64,000 nt of DNA from a virus: positions 61,776-125,775 of the IMG/VR virus record IMGVR_UViG_3300044712_000732; one strand, given 5' to 3'. The position numbers and the translations under genes are program-made. The notes beneath the pieces were generated by a model. It had not been told where the DNA came from, searched no databases, and saw only the letters and a list, made by a program, of their open reading frames with translations. Within the stretch, counting starts at the first letter, position 1. The number at the start of each line of letters is the position of its first letter. Shown one piece after another: positions 11,751 through 22,868 of this stretch.

Positions 11751-11804
11751 AATTATATTTTTTTATGTTTATTTTTAACATATATTAAAAACAATCATGA
11801 AAGT

Positions 11805-12218
11805 TTATAAAAAAATGAAAAGTGATATAATACCAAACAAAAAAATAAATATGGTCAATATAGCAAAAAATGTTGCCCATTTTTTAAGGTCAATATATTT
11901 AAATTTAAGTACTATTCTAATGTTGTATTTATCAATTTGTTTGATATTTTTTATATCCAATGTGACATATTCTAATATACCTAATTCAAATAAAAAATTA
12001 TTTATTTCAACAATATTATTATTGACGTAATTATATCCATATTTATTCATATCTTTATCATCAAAAAATGGCAAATTAAATACTGTATACAATCTGAATA
12101 TCCAATCGTATTGGATACCCAATGGATTAGGATTATTATTAATCCTACTATCTGCTAAAATTTTCTTATTTTTTTTAAGAAGACTTATATATTTGAATAA
12201 ATGAAACAATTTTTTCAT
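11805..12218 (-). CDS. hypothetical protein with C-terminal TM helix
   Basis: 137-aa ORF ending FFAILTIFIFLFGIISLFIFL. Confidence 0.4.
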   Translation of the reverse strand: MKKLFHLFKYISLLKKNKKILADSRINNNPNPLGIQYDWIFRLYTVFNLPFFDDKDMNKYGYNYVNNNIVEINNFLFELGILEYVTLDIKNIKQIDKYNIRIVLKFKYIDLKKWATFFAILTIFIFLFGIISLFIFL

Positions 12219-12296
12219 AATTATTTTTATTTCTATATATTATAAAAAATGGGTTCTGTTGTTAAGAACCCAAAAAATTTATAAAAATTTTATTAA

Positions 12297-15200
12297 TTAT
12301 GCCCAAGGCGAATCTTGTTTAGCTGGTTTTGCCATTTCATCTTTAATATTTTCCAATATATTTCTAATATATGCAACATCTTCATAGAATTGTTGTTTTT
12401 TCTTTAATTCTACTGTTTTATCATCAACAACAACTTTATTTTCTTCTTCGATTGTAGGTTTAGTTGCTACTGTTTCATATAACCCTTTCATTGTAGATAA
12501 TAAATTCGCTTGTTCTGATGGAATATTATTTATCATTTGCAATGATGTCTTATATTTATCAACAGATTTTAATACGTTATCAAATTTTGTGTCATCTATG
12601 ATACTAATTAAAAATAAGCCTTTTGATAAATTACTAAATCCATCTAAATTATTGTTTACTGATGTGAGCGATGCTGCTAATGATGCAAATGAATTTGATA
12701 ATTTATTTATTGATTCAATTTTTGGATCAAGTGCTGTCATATCAGGTAATTTACCAAATTCGGACAAAAATGATTGATAACCTGTCATTACGCCAGTAGG
12801 CATAGGTTGTAAATTTGATAAAATTTGTAGTGCGGATACTAATGTTAATAATGCAGTAGAAAAATTAGAAAAATCATTCATATCTCGTTTCTTTTTTCCA
12901 ACTATCGCACGTATTCCTTTTCCTAGTAATCCACTTGGTGTTTCGTGCATAAACGAATCTACACCAGATCCTAATTCTGCTAAAGATTCTGATATTTTAC
13001 CCATATTATCAACCATAGAATCTTTAATTTCGGGCATTTGATTAAGCTTATTTACAGAATTTATGATAATAGCAATAGATTTATCAAATTTATCAAAATC
13101 TTGTATATCATAATCTTTTCTAGCTAAATCACTATAAGTTAATAAGAAATACGAAAAAGAATTGGTGTATTTCTTATCAGGTATATTACTATAATTACCA
13201 TCACCTAATATTTTACTAGCTTTAGATATTGTTGTTGCTGCACTTATTGAAAATGTTGAAAATTTATCATCAATTTCAAGATTTTTTATAGATTTAGATA
13301 TTTTGCTCATTTCTATTATTGTGTGAGCAAAACCATCCACATATTTTTTATCTATAATATTTGAAAAATTACCTTCAGCTAATATTTTTGATGCGGCAAC
13401 CAATGATGTTGATGCTTCAATTACAAATTCTTGTAATGTTTGTTTATTACCACCACCAAATAATTCGCTAATTGTTCCTAAAAATCCTTTTGAGTTTAAT
13501 TTAGAATAAGCATCAGCCATATTAATTAAAAATGAACCCACACCTTCTGAATACGCTTTTGATGGATATTTAGATGTATTCCAATCCACTTTACTTAAAA
13601 TACTATTTGCTGTAACCATTGTTTGTGCAGCATCAGAAACAAATGAAGTAAAACTTGTAGTTTCGCCAAATAAACTATTAAATCCATTGACTTTAGATAT
13701 ACTTGCAAAAGCATTAGCTAACGATTCTAAAAATCCACCAACACCTTCGGCATATGCTTTTGATGGATGTTTTGCTGATGACCAATCAACATTTAATTTA
13801 TCATGCACTTTTAACATTGCATTAGATGCATTATCCATAAATGTCATAAAATTATCACTACCACCACCAAATAAACTTGTTACAATATTATTAAATCCTT
13901 CAATTTTAGATATTTTTGAAAAAACATTAGCTAACGATTCTAAAAATCCACCAACACCTTCAGCATATGCTTTTGATGGATGTTTTGCTGATGACCAATC
14001 AACAGAATTCAATTTATCATGACTAAATATTATAGCATCTGTTGCATTTTTAATAAATACCATAAATGTATCAGATTGTCCACCACCAAATAAACTTGAT
14101 ACTATTTTATTAAACCCTTCAACTCTAGATATTTTTGCAAATACCCCAGCAAATGCTAATAACAATCCACCAACACCTTCTGCGTAGTCTTTTGTTGGAT
14201 GTTTTGCGCTTGTCCAATCAACTTCATTTAATTTGTTTGCAACATTAACCATACGTTGTGCTAATGCTACCAATGGATCAGTACCACCCGTAAATAATTT
14301 ACCAATTAAATTTGATGCACCTGCTGCTAGTGCAGCCACCGAAGCAACACTAAATGCAAGTAATGATAAACCAACAGATGTTGACCATTTTAATGATGGA
14401 TAATTAGTATATTTACCTGCACCAAGAATATATGATACAGCAACAATGGTTCCCGAAATAAATAAAAGTGCAGGTAATCCTAATGCAAATGCTAGTGCTT
14501 GTGGACCAGCTAATAACATACCTACACCAATTGCTAATGCACCAAATGATAATAATGATAATCCCGTACCAAGTGTCCACTTTATCTCAGGATACTTCAT
14601 TTCATTTGGTAATAATTTTAATATGACAGCAGTTAATACTATTGATAATGCAATCAATGGTATTGCAATCATACCATCTATTATTTTATCTAATCCAAAT
14701 TTACCAACCACCCAAAGAATAGGTGCAAAAACTAAAATTGATAAACCAACACCTAAACTCCACATAAAATCCGGATATCTCATATCATTTGGTAATTCTC
14801 TAAAAACATATGCTGCACCCACAATAGCAAGTGCAACTAGTGGAATACTTACTGTTCCTTTAAGTATATCTTCAAATTTCATTTTTCCAATTGTTTTAAT
14901 AATTGGCGAAAAAATCAAAACAGATATTCCAATTAATGCTGTACTAATAATAAATTCCAATGGATTTCTAAGTGGTTCAAAATCTTGTAAAATGTGACTA
15001 GATAAAGTTAAAGCCAATGCTATTACTGGTAATACCCAAGGTAAAGCAAAAATGGTTGGTCCATTTTTTATAATATCAACATTTTTAATAGCTTTCAATA
15101 AAATCCAAGTTGCTATACCCAATGATGCACCAACAAAAAGTAAAGATAACCCTTGTCTGAATCCAACAATAGGAAAATTTTGTATAATTAATGCTGATAA

Positions 15201-16127
15201 AAATAATGCTATTGATATTGTAGGTAAAATAAATGGTAATAAAAATACCTTTCCAAAATCTTTTTTAAGATCAATATCTTTAATAGCTTTTAATAATACC
15301 CAAGTTGCTATACCTAATGATGCACCAACAAAAAGTAAAGATAAACCTTGTCTAAATCCAATAATTGGAAAATTTTGTATAATTAATGCAGATAAAAATA
15401 ATGCTATTGATATTGTAGGTAAAACAAATGGCAATAAAAATACCTTTCCAAAATCTTTAATTTCAACATCTTTTATGGATTTTAATAATAACCACGTTGC
15501 AACACCTAACGCACCACCAACAAAAATCATAGATAATCCTTGCGTAAAACTAATATGTGGTATTTTTGATATTAAAAACGCTGATATTAATATAGCTAAA
15601 GACATTATGGGCAAAATTGATGCAACTTTAAATATATCAACATATTTCATATTTTTTAATTCGGTAAGTTGACTAAATGTTTTTGCCATTATAAAAATTG
15701 ATCCAGATAAAGCAATAACTGATAAAAAATCCACTTTACCAATTATTTTAAATGCCATACCCAAAGCTAATACACCACTAGCAATCAATATAACTACTTT
15801 TATACCATCTACGATTTTATTTTTATTTTTTGGATCTTCAATTCGATCGAACATACCAGATTCTTTTTGTTGTTTTATACTTTCAATCTTTTTTAATATA
15901 GTATTGTTTTGATCTTTGATATCTTTAAATCCTTTTGTTGTTGTTTGTCTAATAATTTTTAGTTCATCTACAACTTTTGTTAAATCACCCATTGGTGTAC
16001 CAACAAAACCATTAACGACATCTTCTGTGCCTTTTTTTTGTTGGTCCTTTAATGTTTCAACAATTTCTTCTAGTGCTTCAGTAAAAGTACCAAGTGCTTT
16101 AATATATTTATCATCTATTCTCGACAT
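12297..16127 (-). CDS. tail tape-measure protein (1276 aa) with internal tandem repeats
   Basis: Very long ORF with repeated TM-helix blocks (FLLPF(V/I)LPTISIALFLSALIIQNFPI...GLSLLFVGASLGIATW x3) and four repeats of DWSSAKHPSKAYAEGVGGFLESLAN. Lies in a tail-gene context; a terminator hairpin follows at 12250-12275. Confidence 0.7.
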   Translation of the reverse strand: MSRIDDKYIKALGTFTEALEEIVETLKDQQKKGTEDVVNGFVGTPMGDLTKVVDELKIIRQTTTKGFKDIKDQNNTILKKIESIKQQKESGMFDRIEDPKNKNKIVDGIKVVILIASGVLALGMAFKIIGKVDFLSVIALSGSIFIMAKTFSQLTELKNMKYVDIFKVASILPIMSLAILISAFLISKIPHISFTQGLSMIFVGGALGVATWLLLKSIKDVEIKDFGKVFLLPFVLPTISIALFLSALIIQNFPIIGFRQGLSLLFVGASLGIATWVLLKAIKDIDLKKDFGKVFLLPFILPTISIALFLSALIIQNFPIVGFRQGLSLLFVGASLGIATWILLKAIKNVDIIKNGPTIFALPWVLPVIALALTLSSHILQDFEPLRNPLEFIISTALIGISVLIFSPIIKTIGKMKFEDILKGTVSIPLVALAIVGAAYVFRELPNDMRYPDFMWSLGVGLSILVFAPILWVVGKFGLDKIIDGMIAIPLIALSIVLTAVILKLLPNEMKYPEIKWTLGTGLSLLSFGALAIGVGMLLAGPQALAFALGLPALLFISGTIVAVSYILGAGKYTNYPSLKWSTSVGLSLLAFSVASVAALAAGASNLIGKLFTGGTDPLVALAQRMVNVANKLNEVDWTSAKHPTKDYAEGVGGLLLAFAGVFAKISRVEGFNKIVSSLFGGGQSDTFMVFIKNATDAIIFSHDKLNSVDWSSAKHPSKAYAEGVGGFLESLANVFSKISKIEGFNNIVTSLFGGGSDNFMTFMDNASNAMLKVHDKLNVDWSSAKHPSKAYAEGVGGFLESLANAFASISKVNGFNSLFGETTSFTSFVSDAAQTMVTANSILSKVDWNTSKYPSKAYSEGVGSFLINMADAYSKLNSKGFLGTISELFGGGNKQTLQEFVIEASTSLVAASKILAEGNFSNIIDKKYVDGFAHTIIEMSKISKSIKNLEIDDKFSTFSISAATTISKASKILGDGNYSNIPDKKYTNSFSYFLLTYSDLARKDYDIQDFDKFDKSIAIIINSVNKLNQMPEIKDSMVDNMGKISESLAELGSGVDSFMHETPSGLLGKGIRAIVGKKKRDMNDFSNFSTALLTLVSALQILSNLQPMPTGVMTGYQSFLSEFGKLPDMTALDPKIESINKLSNSFASLAASLTSVNNNLDGFSNLSKGLFLISIIDDTKFDNVLKSVDKYKTSLQMINNIPSEQANLLSTMKGLYETVATKPTIEEENKVVVDDKTVELKKKQQFYEDVAYIRNILENIKDEMAKPAKQDSPWA

Positions 16128-16133
16128 TTAAAA

Positions 16134-16538
16134 TTAAAAATTTTTTTCTCTTGCATTTTTAGTATAAGATGTTGGTTTAATTTTTTTATTAGATTTGACT
16201 AATTGTTTTTCCAAATTATTGATTTGGTTAACTGTTTTATCAAATTCTTCCACTTGATCCCCATATTCTTTCACTTGCGTTTTAACATCTTTTTGATTTT
16301 CAGGTTCCATATTTTGAATATTATTCAATAATCCTTTTTCTATTGTATCTTTTTGTGTAATAATTCTTTGTCGTTGTTCTTCTGTATTTTGTAAAATACT
16401 ATCAACTTCATCAGTAGGTTTTTGCTGTTGATTGTTTGGTTTTAATTTTGGTTTTTTTGACAATGAATCCAAATAACCTTGTGGTGTATTTGGATTATTT
16501 TCTTCTACGAATAATTTATAATTATTTAAATGTTTCAT
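16134..16538 (-). CDS. hypothetical protein (possible tail assembly chaperone; low-complexity, coiled)
   Basis: 134-aa ORF immediately upstream of the tape-measure gene. Confidence 0.35.
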   Translation of the reverse strand: MKHLNNYKLFVEENNPNTPQGYLDSLSKKPKLKPNNQQQKPTDEVDSILQNTEEQRQRIITQKDTIEKGLLNNIQNMEPENQKDVKTQVKEYGDQVEEFDKTVNQINNLEKQLVKSNKKIKPTSYTKNAREKNF

Positions 16539-16540
16539 AT

Positions 16541-17077
16541 TTATTTTTTATTTTCATTTTGTACTAAAATAGGTTGTGGTTTAGGTTTTTTTGTTAATTG
16601 GGTAACATCTTCTATTTCCCCAGATTTTTTAATATTTGAATAGGGTTCTAATTGTTGTTTTTTTCGTCTTCTACCTTCCTTTGCTTTTTCATCTACAAAT
16701 ACTTTTTTATTTGGATTGGGTTTTACTTGCTGATGTTCTGGATTATTTCTTGATGTTAATGTGCTAACATTAGGTTTTTCTTCTTGATGTTCAGGTGTAA
16801 TTTTTTCACTTCCAATTTTTGGATTATGTGGTTGTTTATTTACAATAACATCAGATGTATCGGGTGGATTATTAGAAGTATTCATTTTAACTTGTTTATT
16901 GTATATTGCAACATCTTCATCATCTCTAGAATTTATTTTTTCCATTTCCCCCAATTTTAATTTCAATGTTTGCCAAAAATGTTCAAATTTTTCTGCAATA
17001 TCATTATACGCATCAACAAAATTTTTTGATGGTTCAATTTTTTCAAATACAAAATCAGTATATTTTTTAATTTTCAT
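16541..17077 (-). CDS. hypothetical protein (possible tail assembly chaperone; N/K/P/Q-rich)
   Basis: 178-aa ORF, two genes upstream of the tape-measure gene. Confidence 0.35.
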   Translation of the reverse strand: MKIKKYTDFVFEKIEPSKNFVDAYNDIAEKFEHFWQTLKLKLGEMEKINSRDDEDVAIYNKQVKMNTSNNPPDTSDVIVNKQPHNPKIGSEKITPEHQEEKPNVSTLTSRNNPEHQQVKPNPNKKVFVDEKAKEGRRRKKQQLEPYSNIKKSGEIEDVTQLTKKPKPQPILVQNENKK

Positions 17078-17099
17078 TATTGTAATTTTTATTTTATTT

Positions 17100-19448
17100 T
17101 TATAATGTATTACTTAATTTTTGAAGTAAATCAAATGTTTTCACATCATTAACTTGTAAAAATTTTGGTTTATTTTTTTGAAAATCATTGTAATTATAAT
17201 CTTTTTGATTAACAGAAAATTTGAAAGCACTTCTCCATTCTTCAAATCCAATTTCTATAAATTTAGAAAATGCTAAAGCTTCAAATTTATGTAAATATGC
17301 TTCCGAATTAAAATTAGTAAATAAATTGTCACTCAATAATACATTATTTGCACTAGATATATTACTTTTTAAAAATATTTGACTACTTCCATCACTATAA
17401 ATATATTCATTTAATACATATATTGGAAATGTATAACTTTTTGTAGATTGTGGAAATATTTGACCCTTTTTAATAACAAAGTATACATTAATATAATTTA
17501 TATTAGTTTTATTTAATTCATTATTTTTTGATTTAAATAATTTATCAAATTCTTGGTTTTCAATACTCGAATGATTTGTAGCATCAATATTATCAAAAGC
17601 CATCGGTATTTGCATTAATCCTATTTGTTGTTTAAATGCGAATGAAACTGGTGCAACTGATATATTATATAATACATTTTTATAATTAATACTACCATAA
17701 CACCACAATCCATCACTTAAAGATTTAAAATTAACTGTTCCAGTTTGAATTGGTAACTTATTTTGAACTTCTGCTATTGCTTTTTGATTTCTAATATCAT
17801 TTGTTAAACCTTTTACGCTTGTTTCAATTTTTTTATTATTTAATCCACCAAAATCACCTTTTATTATATTAACTTTTTCAATATCCATTAAATTAGTAAA
17901 TGCTGCATAAGTTTTTGTTACTTCTTTATCCCATCGTAATTTTAATGAATCATCACTTTTACCATCGGTGGTTTGTTTAGCTAATAATTGTTCTGCTGAT
18001 AATTGAATTGTTCTTAAATTGTATGGATTTACATATGTTGATACTTTTTCTTTAATATTTGACCCTGGATTAGATTTTTCAATATTAACAATAGTTTTTT
18101 CAATTTCAGCTAAATTTATACTATGAACATCAAGATTGAAATCTTCTTCTTTATCTTTATATTTTTCTTTATCTCTTTTATTCAATATATCACCAACTGT
18201 TGCAGAAGAACCAGCTTTCATTTCTATTGATCGACCAAATCCAACTTTACCTGCTTGTGGGTTGTCTAATTTAACTTTTGTTGTAAATTCATTTAATAAA
18301 TCAAAATCTTTTAAAAATGATATAGCTTCAAATAAACCACTTTTTTGATGTTGTTTTATTGTTAAAAGCTGCATATAGTTCATATATAATATTTCCATTT
18401 TCTTTTTATTATCATCACCCATACTATCATACATAGATGCATATTTATTAAAAAATGCATCGGCATCAACTTTTAACAAATTGAAATTTGGAAAACCTTT
18501 TGGTAATAATCTAATTGGTGCAACTTCCATTTTTTGACCATTTTTATCAAAAAATATTTTATTTTTTGTATTATCGACATCAGTGACTATAATATCAATA
18601 ACCTCACCATTTATTATTGTTGAATATTCATCACCAATTTTAATAGTGTTTGATGCTATTTTTTGAAATTTTTGATCAAATTCTGTATTAGATATTGATC
18701 CTAAACCTTTAGCGACATTAGGTAAATTTTCTGATGTTGGTTCAAAATCATATTTATTTTTACATGCTTGTTTAAGTGAATCTAAATTATCTGTTTTAGT
18801 TGTTGTATCACCTAAATTAGACAATTCTTGTCTAAGTTTAGCTAAATAAATTTCAGAACTTTTTATACTTTCAATAATATCATTAAGTATAGCCTGTTGT
18901 TTTTCAATTTTATTTAGTTTTATAACTTTTTTATTCTTATCAGTTTCTTCTGTATAATCTTTATTTAATTGTCTAATAGTATTAACCATTGTTATTTTTT
19001 GCCATTGAGCTTTTTTTAAATCATCAGATACACTAGCAATTTTTTCTTCTATTTGTTCTTTTGTCAATTTTTTTTCCGTTGTTGTTGCACTTATTTCGCC
19101 AACATCACCCGCTTCACCTTCTTCTTCACCTACATTAGATTTAATTTCTTCTTCTTTATTTTCTATAACACCAGTCTTTAAATCGACATTATTATCAAAA
19201 CAAAACAAAATAATTCCTCGCATCAATTCATTAACTAATTGTGCAACTAATCTATTAATAAAAAAGAGCGATTTAGATTTTCTATATAAATTTGCAATTG
19301 GACTAAATATACCATTAATTAATTTACCTAAATACGTATCTTTTAATTTAGCATTATTAGCAAAACCATCACGTGAACCAACACCACCTTCAGTACCACC
19401 AAATTCATATATTTTTATAAAATCCTTACGATTGTGAATATTTTTCAT
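17100..19448 (-). CDS. large structural-module protein (782 aa), coiled-coil region
   Basis: Long ORF in the tail module; no catalytic motif seen. Confidence 0.5.
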   Translation of the reverse strand: MKNIHNRKDFIKIYEFGGTEGGVGSRDGFANNAKLKDTYLGKLINGIFSPIANLYRKSKSLFFINRLVAQLVNELMRGIILFCFDNNVDLKTGVIENKEEEIKSNVGEEEGEAGDVGEISATTTEKKLTKEQIEEKIASVSDDLKKAQWQKITMVNTIRQLNKDYTEETDKNKKVIKLNKIEKQQAILNDIIESIKSSEIYLAKLRQELSNLGDTTTKTDNLDSLKQACKNKYDFEPTSENLPNVAKGLGSISNTEFDQKFQKIASNTIKIGDEYSTIINGEVIDIIVTDVDNTKNKIFFDKNGQKMEVAPIRLLPKGFPNFNLLKVDADAFFNKYASMYDSMGDDNKKKMEILYMNYMQLLTIKQHQKSGLFEAISFLKDFDLLNEFTTKVKLDNPQAGKVGFGRSIEMKAGSSATVGDILNKRDKEKYKDKEEDFNLDVHSINLAEIEKTIVNIEKSNPGSNIKEKVSTYVNPYNLRTIQLSAEQLLAKQTTDGKSDDSLKLRWDKEVTKTYAAFTNLMDIEKVNIIKGDFGGLNNKKIETSVKGLTNDIRNQKAIAEVQNKLPIQTGTVNFKSLSDGLWCYGSINYKNVLYNISVAPVSFAFKQQIGLMQIPMAFDNIDATNHSSIENQEFDKLFKSKNNELNKTNINYINVYFVIKKGQIFPQSTKSYTFPIYVLNEYIYSDGSSQIFLKSNISSANNVLLSDNLFTNFNSEAYLHKFEALAFSKFIEIGFEEWRSAFKFSVNQKDYNYNDFQKNKPKFLQVNDVKTFDLLQKLSNTL

Positions 19449-19873
19449 TATTTTTTACTAATTTTTTGTATTTTTAATCCATTATAAGAATATTTCTTAC
19501 CATATAAAATAAAATAATCATTATCAAATTTAAGTGGTAATTCTTTTGATTTATCTATACTTGAATCATAAATAATATCATTATTTACACTCAAAGAAAA
19601 GAATTTCAATTCTTTGATATATGATTCATACAATTCTTTATTCGATTTTATTACTTTTTCCAATTTTATGTTTTCTTTTTTATTTAGTGTTTCTAATATC
19701 ACTTCTTTTTTTTTAATTTTTAATGGTTCAGATGGTTTATCTACAATTAATTGTTCATTATTTTCTGGAATATATTGAAATTGTTCAGTAATTTCAAGTT
19801 TCTTAGTAGATTTCTTTTTAACTTCTTGTGTATTATCTACTTCGTTTATTGTAACGTTTGTTTCTTCTGACAT
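19448..19873 (-). CDS. hypothetical protein (start trimmed to internal Met MSEETNV)
   Basis: The track ORF extends to 20104 across the divergent promoter region and the start of the + gene at 19960; the internal ATG at 19871-19873 is the more plausible start. Confidence 0.35.
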   Translation of the reverse strand: MSEETNVTINEVDNTQEVKKKSTKKLEITEQFQYIPENNEQLIVDKPSEPLKIKKKEVILETLNKKENIKLEKVIKSNKELYESYIKELKFFSLSVNNDIIYDSSIDKSKELPLKFDNDYFILYGKKYSYNGLKIQKISKK

Positions 19874-19959
19874 GATTAAATATTTTTTCTGTATATATAA
19901 AATAATATAATTCCTCATTATATATAAAAATTGAAAATTGAAATTTAATATATAACTAC

Positions 19960-20724
19960 ATGAAAATATTAAATTATAGTCGATATTCTTTTTTAAATGA
20001 ATGTGGGATTTTAGAAGGTTCTGAATTTCAACAATTTCAATTTGGATTAGAACCGATGGGAACACAAGGTGGTGGTGGACAATATGCTTTTGCTCAAGAC
20101 CCAAGTTTATCGTATTTTAATTACCAGGATAGTCCATACACGGATTTTTATGCCCGTCAATCTGGATTAGTTGCTAATTTAGATCAAGCAGCAAAAAACG
20201 CACGTGGTCAAAGTAATACCATTTTTAAAGATACTAATGCATTTCTCGAAGATGTAAATCTATATAAAAACATTAAAATATTAAGAATTTTTGAAAATAC
20301 AAATTTAAAACTTGATGTTTATGTATCATTCGATTATGATGATAATGAATACTTTGGTGCATTTAGAAATTTTAATGGTTTAACTAAACCCAAATTCGAA
20401 TCTGAATTATATCATGAACCAAATTATAGATTTCGATTCGATGGTGAATATAAAATGAGATTGGGAAATTTCTTTTATAAAAAATTAGAAAAATGGTTTA
20501 TTCCCGATAAAGGATTATATAAAAATATGAAAAATGAAAATCGGGTTAAAGATACTATGGGTAAATTATATGAAGTACAATCTGATCAAGTTGTTGAAGT
20601 ACTTGGATATAATTTGAACACTGATAATAAACCATATGTAATTATAAAATGTAAAGATAAAACATATCACGTTGAAGGTAATGATTATTATTATTTCAAA
20701 TGGAGATTCGATAAAATAAATTAA
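19960..20724 (+). CDS. hypothetical protein
   Basis: 254-aa ORF. Confidence 0.45.
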   Translation: MKILNYSRYSFLNECGILEGSEFQQFQFGLEPMGTQGGGGQYAFAQDPSLSYFNYQDSPYTDFYARQSGLVANLDQAAKNARGQSNTIFKDTNAFLEDVNLYKNIKILRIFENTNLKLDVYVSFDYDDNEYFGAFRNFNGLTKPKFESELYHEPNYRFRFDGEYKMRLGNFFYKKLEKWFIPDKGLYKNMKNENRVKDTMGKLYEVQSDQVVEVLGYNLNTDNKPYVIIKCKDKTYHVEGNDYYYFKWRFDKIN

Positions 20725-20757
20725 GTTATTTTAAATTTAACAAAATTAAAAATAAAT

Positions 20758-21072
20758 ATGAAATATATTAAAAAGTATGATTCTGCTAATATGAAGAATA
20801 CAGAACCTTATACATATAATGATGGTGATATTGTTTTTATAAATATAAATAACCAAAAAAAGCACGAAATTGATAATAGTGCAATAAGATTTTTAGATAA
20901 TTTAAATCCAATTCAAATGATACATAATATTGGTGGGTTTTATTATATCGAAAATGATAATTGGTATAAAAACTTTTTTATTGAACCTGATTCTATAAAA
21001 AGATTAGCTACATCGAAAGAAATTTATAATTATTTAATGATGATAAAAATGAAAAAATATAATATAATATAA
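20758..21072 (+). CDS. hypothetical protein (begins MKYIKKYDS)
   Basis: 104-aa ORF. Confidence 0.4.
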   Translation: MKYIKKYDSANMKNTEPYTYNDGDIVFININNQKKHEIDNSAIRFLDNLNPIQMIHNIGGFYYIENDNWYKNFFIEPDSIKRLATSKEIYNYLMMIKMKKYNII

Positions 21073-21103
21073 AACTTTTTTTCATAATCATATATAATAC
21101 TAT

Positions 21104-22840
21104 ATGATCATAAAATCCATTACACTTAAAAATTTCAAATCATTTGGAAATAATAAACAAACCTTAACATTTAATACGGTTACAGGTGATTTAATACTTA
21201 TTTCTGGAAAAAACGGTAATGGTAAATCTTCCCTACAACAATCAATTGACTTTTCATTATATGGTATTGTTCGGGGAAAAAATGGCAAACGTGTACCACA
21301 ATCAATATTACCAAATAGAATTAATAAAAATTTAGAAACTGAAATATTATTTGATAATAATTTGTCAAATGAAATATTGATTCAAAGAAACTTAGAACCA
21401 AATTCAGCTAAAATTTTAATAGATAATATAGATGAAACAAAGAAAATTAAAAAAGATGATCTTTTAAACATATTAGGGTTTGATTTTGATACATATAAAA
21501 GTATTATTTCTATGTCGGTATCAGATTTTGCAAATTTTATTGATCTTACACCAGAAGAAAAACGAAATATCATCAATAAACTATTTAATCTTCAAGATTT
21601 AGATAATTATTTGACTTTATGTAATGGGAAAATTAAACAATTTACCGAAGAAAAAACAAAAAATATTGCAATTATTGAAACTAATAAGCAAACAATCCAA
21701 ACATTAAATCAAAATATTATTACCATTAAAAGAAGTGGAATTGAAGATAGTGAAAAAGAAATCGAAAAACTTAAAATTGAAAAAGAATCTAAAAGAATAC
21801 CTGGATCAAAATTAAAAACAGAAATTGAATCATTAACACCCAAATTAATTGATTTAGAAAAACGACGACAAGATTTAGAAAATCAAAGGAATATAATAAT
21901 TAATGAACTTTTTGAATTAAAAGTAGAATTAAAAAATCTTGATGATAAAATAATAGTATATAAATCGGGAATATGTCCAGTTTGTGATAGCGATCTTAAT
22001 GATACTAATCATCAACATAATTTAAATGATATAATATCAAAACAACACAATTTACAAACAAAATGCCAAAATTTAGAAATAAATAAAAACAACACTATAT
22101 TAAAATTAACACAGATTTCAAATGAAAAAGAATCATTATCAAGACAAAAAAACAATTTGACAATTCAATATAATAATATCGTTAATGAATTTAAAACTAT
22201 CACAAAGAAAATTGATGAATTATCAATAAATAATAAACATAATATATCTATTGAAGAACTTTCAAAAAATATAACTGAACTTAAACAAAAAAATATCGAA
22301 TACACTAATAAAGTTGATGAATTAAATACCAATATTAAGATATATGATGAATTAAAAGATATATTTTCAATTAAAGGTGTAAGAAAAAATATAATAAAAA
22401 ATATTGTTAAACCAATAAATGTATATCTTCAGGATATTTTAAATGAATTAAAATCACCATACAATATTAAAATTGATGAAGAATTCAATGTAAATATATT
22501 TGAAAGATTGACATTTGAAGTTCATCCCGAAAGTTTATCTACAGGTGAAGGAAAAAAAATAAATATCGCAATAGCACTATCATATTTGAAGTTAATTTTG
22601 AAATTCCGAAAATTAAATATACTTTTTTTAGATGAAGTATTTTCTTCAATGGATCCTGATAATGTAGAATATGCTTTAAAGGTGCTTAAAGATTTTACTA
22701 AGGAATATAATCTAAATATCATTATATTAGACCCCAACGTATATTTAAATGATAATTCTATTGGACTAGATTATTTTGATAGAATTATTAAAATACGGAA
22801 AAAAATGACATTTTCAGTTATTGAAGAAGAAAAAAAATAG
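21104..22840 (+). CDS. SbcC/Rad50-like recombination ATPase (T4 gp46-like)
   Basis: N-terminal Walker A (SGKNGNGKSS), long central coiled coil with a CPVC zinc hook, C-terminal ILFLDEVFSSMDPDN (Walker B / D-loop). Stop is TAG, with TAA two codons later. Confidence 0.75.
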   Translation: MIIKSITLKNFKSFGNNKQTLTFNTVTGDLILISGKNGNGKSSLQQSIDFSLYGIVRGKNGKRVPQSILPNRINKNLETEILFDNNLSNEILIQRNLEPNSAKILIDNIDETKKIKKDDLLNILGFDFDTYKSIISMSVSDFANFIDLTPEEKRNIINKLFNLQDLDNYLTLCNGKIKQFTEEKTKNIAIIETNKQTIQTLNQNIITIKRSGIEDSEKEIEKLKIEKESKRIPGSKLKTEIESLTPKLIDLEKRRQDLENQRNIIINELFELKVELKNLDDKIIVYKSGICPVCDSDLNDTNHQHNLNDIISKQHNLQTKCQNLEINKNNTILKLTQISNEKESLSRQKNNLTIQYNNIVNEFKTITKKIDELSINNKHNISIEELSKNITELKQKNIEYTNKVDELNTNIKIYDELKDIFSIKGVRKNIIKNIVKPINVYLQDILNELKSPYNIKIDEEFNVNIFERLTFEVHPESLSTGEGKKINIAIALSYLKLILKFRKLNILFLDEVFSSMDPDNVEYALKVLKDFTKEYNLNIIILDPNVYLNDNSIGLDYFDRIIKIRKKMTFSVIEEEKK

Positions 22841-22868
22841 GATAATTAATTATCCTATTTTTTTTCTA
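22841..22868. terminator. bidirectional hairpin terminator (AGGATAATTAATTATCCT + T-run)
   Basis: Perfect palindrome flanked by an A-run and a T-run, between convergent genes. Confidence 0.6.

Noticed and set aside
13687-15672. Plus-strand ORFs 13687..14022, 14446..14997 and 15052..15672
   Set aside because: All are antisense to the tape-measure gene and are produced by its internal repeats; their repetitive Asn/Pro-rich translations mirror the coding repeats.
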